Assembly (NCBI GenBank): GCA_002269645.1
Contig: NIVC01002442.1
Location: 62,001 to 126,000, forward strand
Source of the DNA: Macrostomum lignano
Lineage: Eukaryota
Length of the DNA stretch: 64,000 nucleotides
Reading direction: 5' to 3'
Made by a program: the position numbers and the translations under genes. How positions within the stretch are numbered: the stretch's first letter is position 1; each line of letters opens with the position of its first letter. This document shows positions 59,901 through 64,000 of the stretch, piece after piece. The notes beneath the pieces were generated by a model that did no database searches, was not told the DNA's origin, and saw only the letters and a program-made list of their open reading frames with translations.

Positions 59901-62900
59901 TCTATCCTATCATCCCAGAAGGGTCAGAATAGCAATCCATTCTATCCTATCATCTCAGAAGGGTCAGATTAGCAATCCATCCCATCTTTTCCCTTCAAAA
60001 GTGTCAGATTAGCAATCCATTCTATCCTATCATCTCAGAAGGGTCAGATTAGCAATCCATTCTATCCTATCATCCCAGAAGGGTCAGATTAGCAATCCAT
60101 TCCATCTTTTCCTTTCAAAAGTGTCAGATTAGCAATCCATTCTATCCTATCATCCCAGAAGGGTCAGATTAGCAATCCATTCTATCCTATCATCTCAGAA
60201 GGGTCAGATTAGCAATCCATTCCATCTTTTCCCTTCAAAAGTGTCAGATTAGCAATCCATTCTATCCTATCATCTCAGAAGGGTCAGATTAGCAATCCAT
60301 TCTATCCTATCACCCCAGAAGGGTCAGAATAGCAATCCATTCCCCCAGAAGGGTCAGATTAGCAATCCATTCCATCTTTTCCCTTCAAAAGTGTCAGATT
60401 AGCAATCCATTCTATCCTATCATCTCAGAAGGGTCAGAATAGCAATCCATTCTATCCTATCATCCCAGAAGGGTCAGATTAGCAATCCATTCTATCCTAT
60501 CATCCCAGAAGGGTCAGATTAGCAATCCATCCCATCTTTTCCCTTCAAAAGTGTCAGATTAGCAATCCATTCTATCCTATCATCCCAAAAGGGTCAGATC
60601 AGCAATCCATCCCATCTTTTCCCTTCAAAAGTGTCAGATTAGCAATCCATTCCATCTTTTCCCTTCAAAAGTGTCAGATTAGCAATCCATTCTATTCTAT
60701 CATCCCAGAAGGGTCAGAATAGCAATCCATTCTATTCTATCATCCCAGAAGGGACAGATTAGCAATCCATTCCATCTTTTCCTTTCAAAAGTGTCAGACT
60801 AGCAATCCATTCTATCCTATCATCCCAGAAGGGTCAGATTAGCAATCCATTCTATCCTATCATCTCAGAAGGGTCAGATTAGCAATCCATTCCATCTTTT
60901 CCCTTCAAAAGTGTCAGATTAGCAATCCATTTCATCTTTTCCCTTCAAAAGTGTCAAATTAGCAATCCATTCCATATTTTCCCTTCAAAAGTGTCAGATT
61001 AGCAATCCATTCTATCCTATCATCTCAGAAGGGTCAGATTAGCAATCCATTCTATCATATCATCTCAGAAGGGTCAGATTAGCAATCCATTCTATCATAT
61101 CATCTCAGAAGGGTCAGATTAGCAATCCATTCTATCCTATCATCTCAGAAGGGTCAGATTAGCAATCCATTCCATCTTTTCCTTTCAAAAGTGTCAGATT
61201 AGCAATCCATTCTATCCTATCATCTCAGAAGGGTCAGATTAGCAATCCATTCTATCCTATCATCCCAGAAGGGTCAGATTAGCAATCCATTATTATAATT
61301 ATCCCAGAAGGGTCAGAATAGCAATCCATTCTATTCTATCATCCCAGAAGGGACAGATTAGCAATCCATTCCATCTTTTCCTTTCAAAAGTGTCAGACTA
61401 GCAATCCATTCTATCCTATCATCCCAGAAGGGTCAGATTAGCAATCCATTCTATCCTATCATCCCAGAAGGGTCAGATTAGCAATCCATTCTATCCTATC
61501 ATCCCAGAAGGGTCAGATTAGCAATCCATTCTATCCTATCATCTCAGAAGGGTCAGATTAGCAATCCATTCCATCTTTTCCCTTCAAAAGTGTCAGATTA
61601 GCAATCCATTCTATCCTATCATCTCAGAAGGGTCAGATTAGCAATCCATTCTATCCTATCACCCCAGAAGGGTCAGATTAGCAATCCATCCCATCTTTTC
61701 CCTTCAAAAGTGTCAGATTAGCAATCCATTCTATCCTATCATCCCAAAAGGGTCAGATCAGCAATCCATCCCATCTTTTCCCTTCAAAAGTGTCAGATTA
61801 GCAATCCATTCCATCTTTTCCCTTCAAAAGTGTCAGATTAGCAATCCATTCTATTCTATCATCCCAGAAGGGTCAGAATAGCAATCCATTCTATTCTATC
61901 ATCCCAGAAGGGACAGATTAGCAATCCATTCCATCTTTTCCTTTCAAAAGTGTCAGACTAGCAATCCATTCTATCCTATCATCCCAGAAGGGTCAGATTA
62001 GCAATCCATTCTATCCTATCATCTCAGAAGGGTCAGATTAGCAATCCATTCCATCTTTTCCCTTCAAAAGTGTCAGATTAGCAATCCATTCCATCTTTTC
62101 CCTTCAAAAGTGTCAAATTAGCAATCCATTCCATATTTTCCCTTCAAAAGTGTCAGATTAGCAATCCATTCTATCCTATCATCTCAGAAGGGTCAGATTA
62201 GCAATCCATTCTATCATATCATCTCAGAAGGGTCAGATTAGCAATCCATTCTATCATATCATCTCAGAAGGGTCAGATTAGCAATCCATTCTATCCTATC
62301 ATCTCAGAAGGGTCAGATTAGCAATCCATTCCATCTTTTCCTTTCAAAAGTGTCAGATTAGCAATCCATTCTATCCTATCATCTCAGAAGGGTCAGATTA
62401 GCAATCCATTCTATCCTATCATCCCAGAAGGGTCAGATTAGCAATCCATTATTATAATTATCCCAGAAGGGTCAGAATAGCAATCCATTCTATTCTATCA
62501 TCCCAGAAGGGACAGATTAGCAATCCATTCCATCTTTTCCTTTCAAAAGTGTCAGACTAGCAATCCATTCTATCCTATCATCCCAGAAGGGTCAGATTAG
62601 CAATCCATTCTATCCTATCATCCCAGAAGGGTCAGATTAGCAATCCATTCTATCCTATCATCCCAGAAGGGTCAGATTAGCAATCCATTCTATCCTATCA
62701 TCTCAGAAGGGTCAGATTAGCAATCCATTCCATCTTTTCCCTTCAAAAGTGTCAGATTAGCAATCCATTCTATCCTATCATCTCAGAAGGGTCAGATTAG
62801 CAATCCATTCTATCCTATCACCCCAGAAGGGTCAGAATAGCAATCCATTCCCCCAGAAGGGTCAGATTAGCAATCCATTCCATCTTTTCCCTTCAAAAGT

Positions 62901-64000
62901 GTCAGATTAGCAATCCATTCTATCCTATCATCTCAGAAGGGTCAGATTAGCAATCCATTCTACCATATCATCCCAGAAGGGCCAGATTAGCAATCCATTC
63001 TATCCTATCATCCCAGAAGGGTCAGATTAGCAATCCATCCCATCTTTTCCCTTCAAAAGTGTCAGATTAGCAATCCATTCTATCCTATCATCCCAGAAGG
63101 GTCAGAATAGCAATCCATTCTATCCTATCATCTCAGAAGGGTCAGATTAGCAATCCATCCCATCTTTTCCCTTCAAAAGTGTCAGATTAGCAATCCATTC
63201 TATCCTATCATCTCAGAAGGGTCAGATTAGCAATCCATTCTATCCTATCATCCCAGAAGGGTCAGATTAGCAATCCATTCCATCTTTTCCTTTCAAAAGT
63301 GTCAGATTAGCAATCCATTCTATCCTATCATCCCAGAAGGGTCAGATTAGCAATCCATTCTATCCTATCATCTCAGAAGGGTCAGATTAGCAATCCATTC
63401 CATCTTTTCCCTTCAAAAGTGTCAGATTAGCAATCCATTCTATCCTATCATCTCAGAAGGGTCAGATTAGCAATCCATTCTATCCTATCACCCCAGAAGG
63501 GTCAGAATAGCAATCCATTCCCCCAGAAGGGTCAGATTAGCAATCCATTCCATCTTTTCCCTTCAAAAGTGTCAGATTAGCAATCCATTCTATCCTATCA
63601 TCTCAGAAGGGTCAGAATAGCAATCCATTCTATCCTATCATCCCAGAAGGGTCAGATTAGCAATCCATTCTATCCTATCATCCCAGAAGGGTCAGATTAG
63701 CAATCCATCCCATCTTTTCCCTTCAAAAGTGTCAGATTAGCAATCCATTCTATCCTATCATCCCAAAAGGGTCAGATCAGCAATCCATCCCATCTTTTCC
63801 CTTCAAAAGTGTCAGATTAGCAATCCATTCCATCTTTTCCCTTCAAAAGTGTCAGATTAGCAATCCATTCTATTCTATCATCCCAGAAGGGTCAGAATAG
63901 CAATCCATTCTATTCTATCATCCCAGAAGGGACAGATTAGCAATCCATTCCATCTTTTCCTTTCAAAAGTGTCAGACTAGCAATCCATTCTATCCTATCA
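56936..64000. repeat. 40-bp satellite, >175 units, two monomer types, higher-order repeats; runs off the window end
   Basis: Type A GAAGGGTCAGATTAGCAATCCATTCTATCCTATCATCCCA; type B AAAGTGTCAGATTAGCAATCCATTCCATCTTTTCCCTTCA. Confidence 0.98.

Overview
64 kb of animal nuclear DNA with very GC-rich exons, AT-rich spacers and introns filled with private micro/minisatellites. The architecture and a flatworm-type DM9 gene suggest a free-living flatworm such as Macrostomum (inference, not verified). I assembled 13 protein-coding models by hand from GT-AG boundaries and reading-frame continuity: merlin/ERM-like (5' part), CDK5RAP3, TTC30/IFT70, DM9-repeat protein, CYP2-clan P450, flavin amine oxidase (first exon only), sigma-like GST (frameshifted), metallophosphoesterase, HDAC3, a divergent nuclear receptor, TBL2 and a GPRIN-like protein, plus a P450 pseudogene fragment. 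Mobile DNA includes a long-TIR mariner derivative, a tRNA-derived SINE, a Penelope-type hammerhead motif, THAP and Crypton remnants, and LINE fragments. The window ends in a 7-kb 40-bp satellite with higher-order structure. The most unusual signal is tandem repeats built from splice signals: 11 frame-neutral copies of a TTC30 3' splice site, 41 in-frame CAG acceptors in the amine oxidase N-terminus, about 40 CTAATCAG|GTGAG units, and an intron that is almost purely (GTCA)n. All family calls come from recalled motifs; no database search was run.
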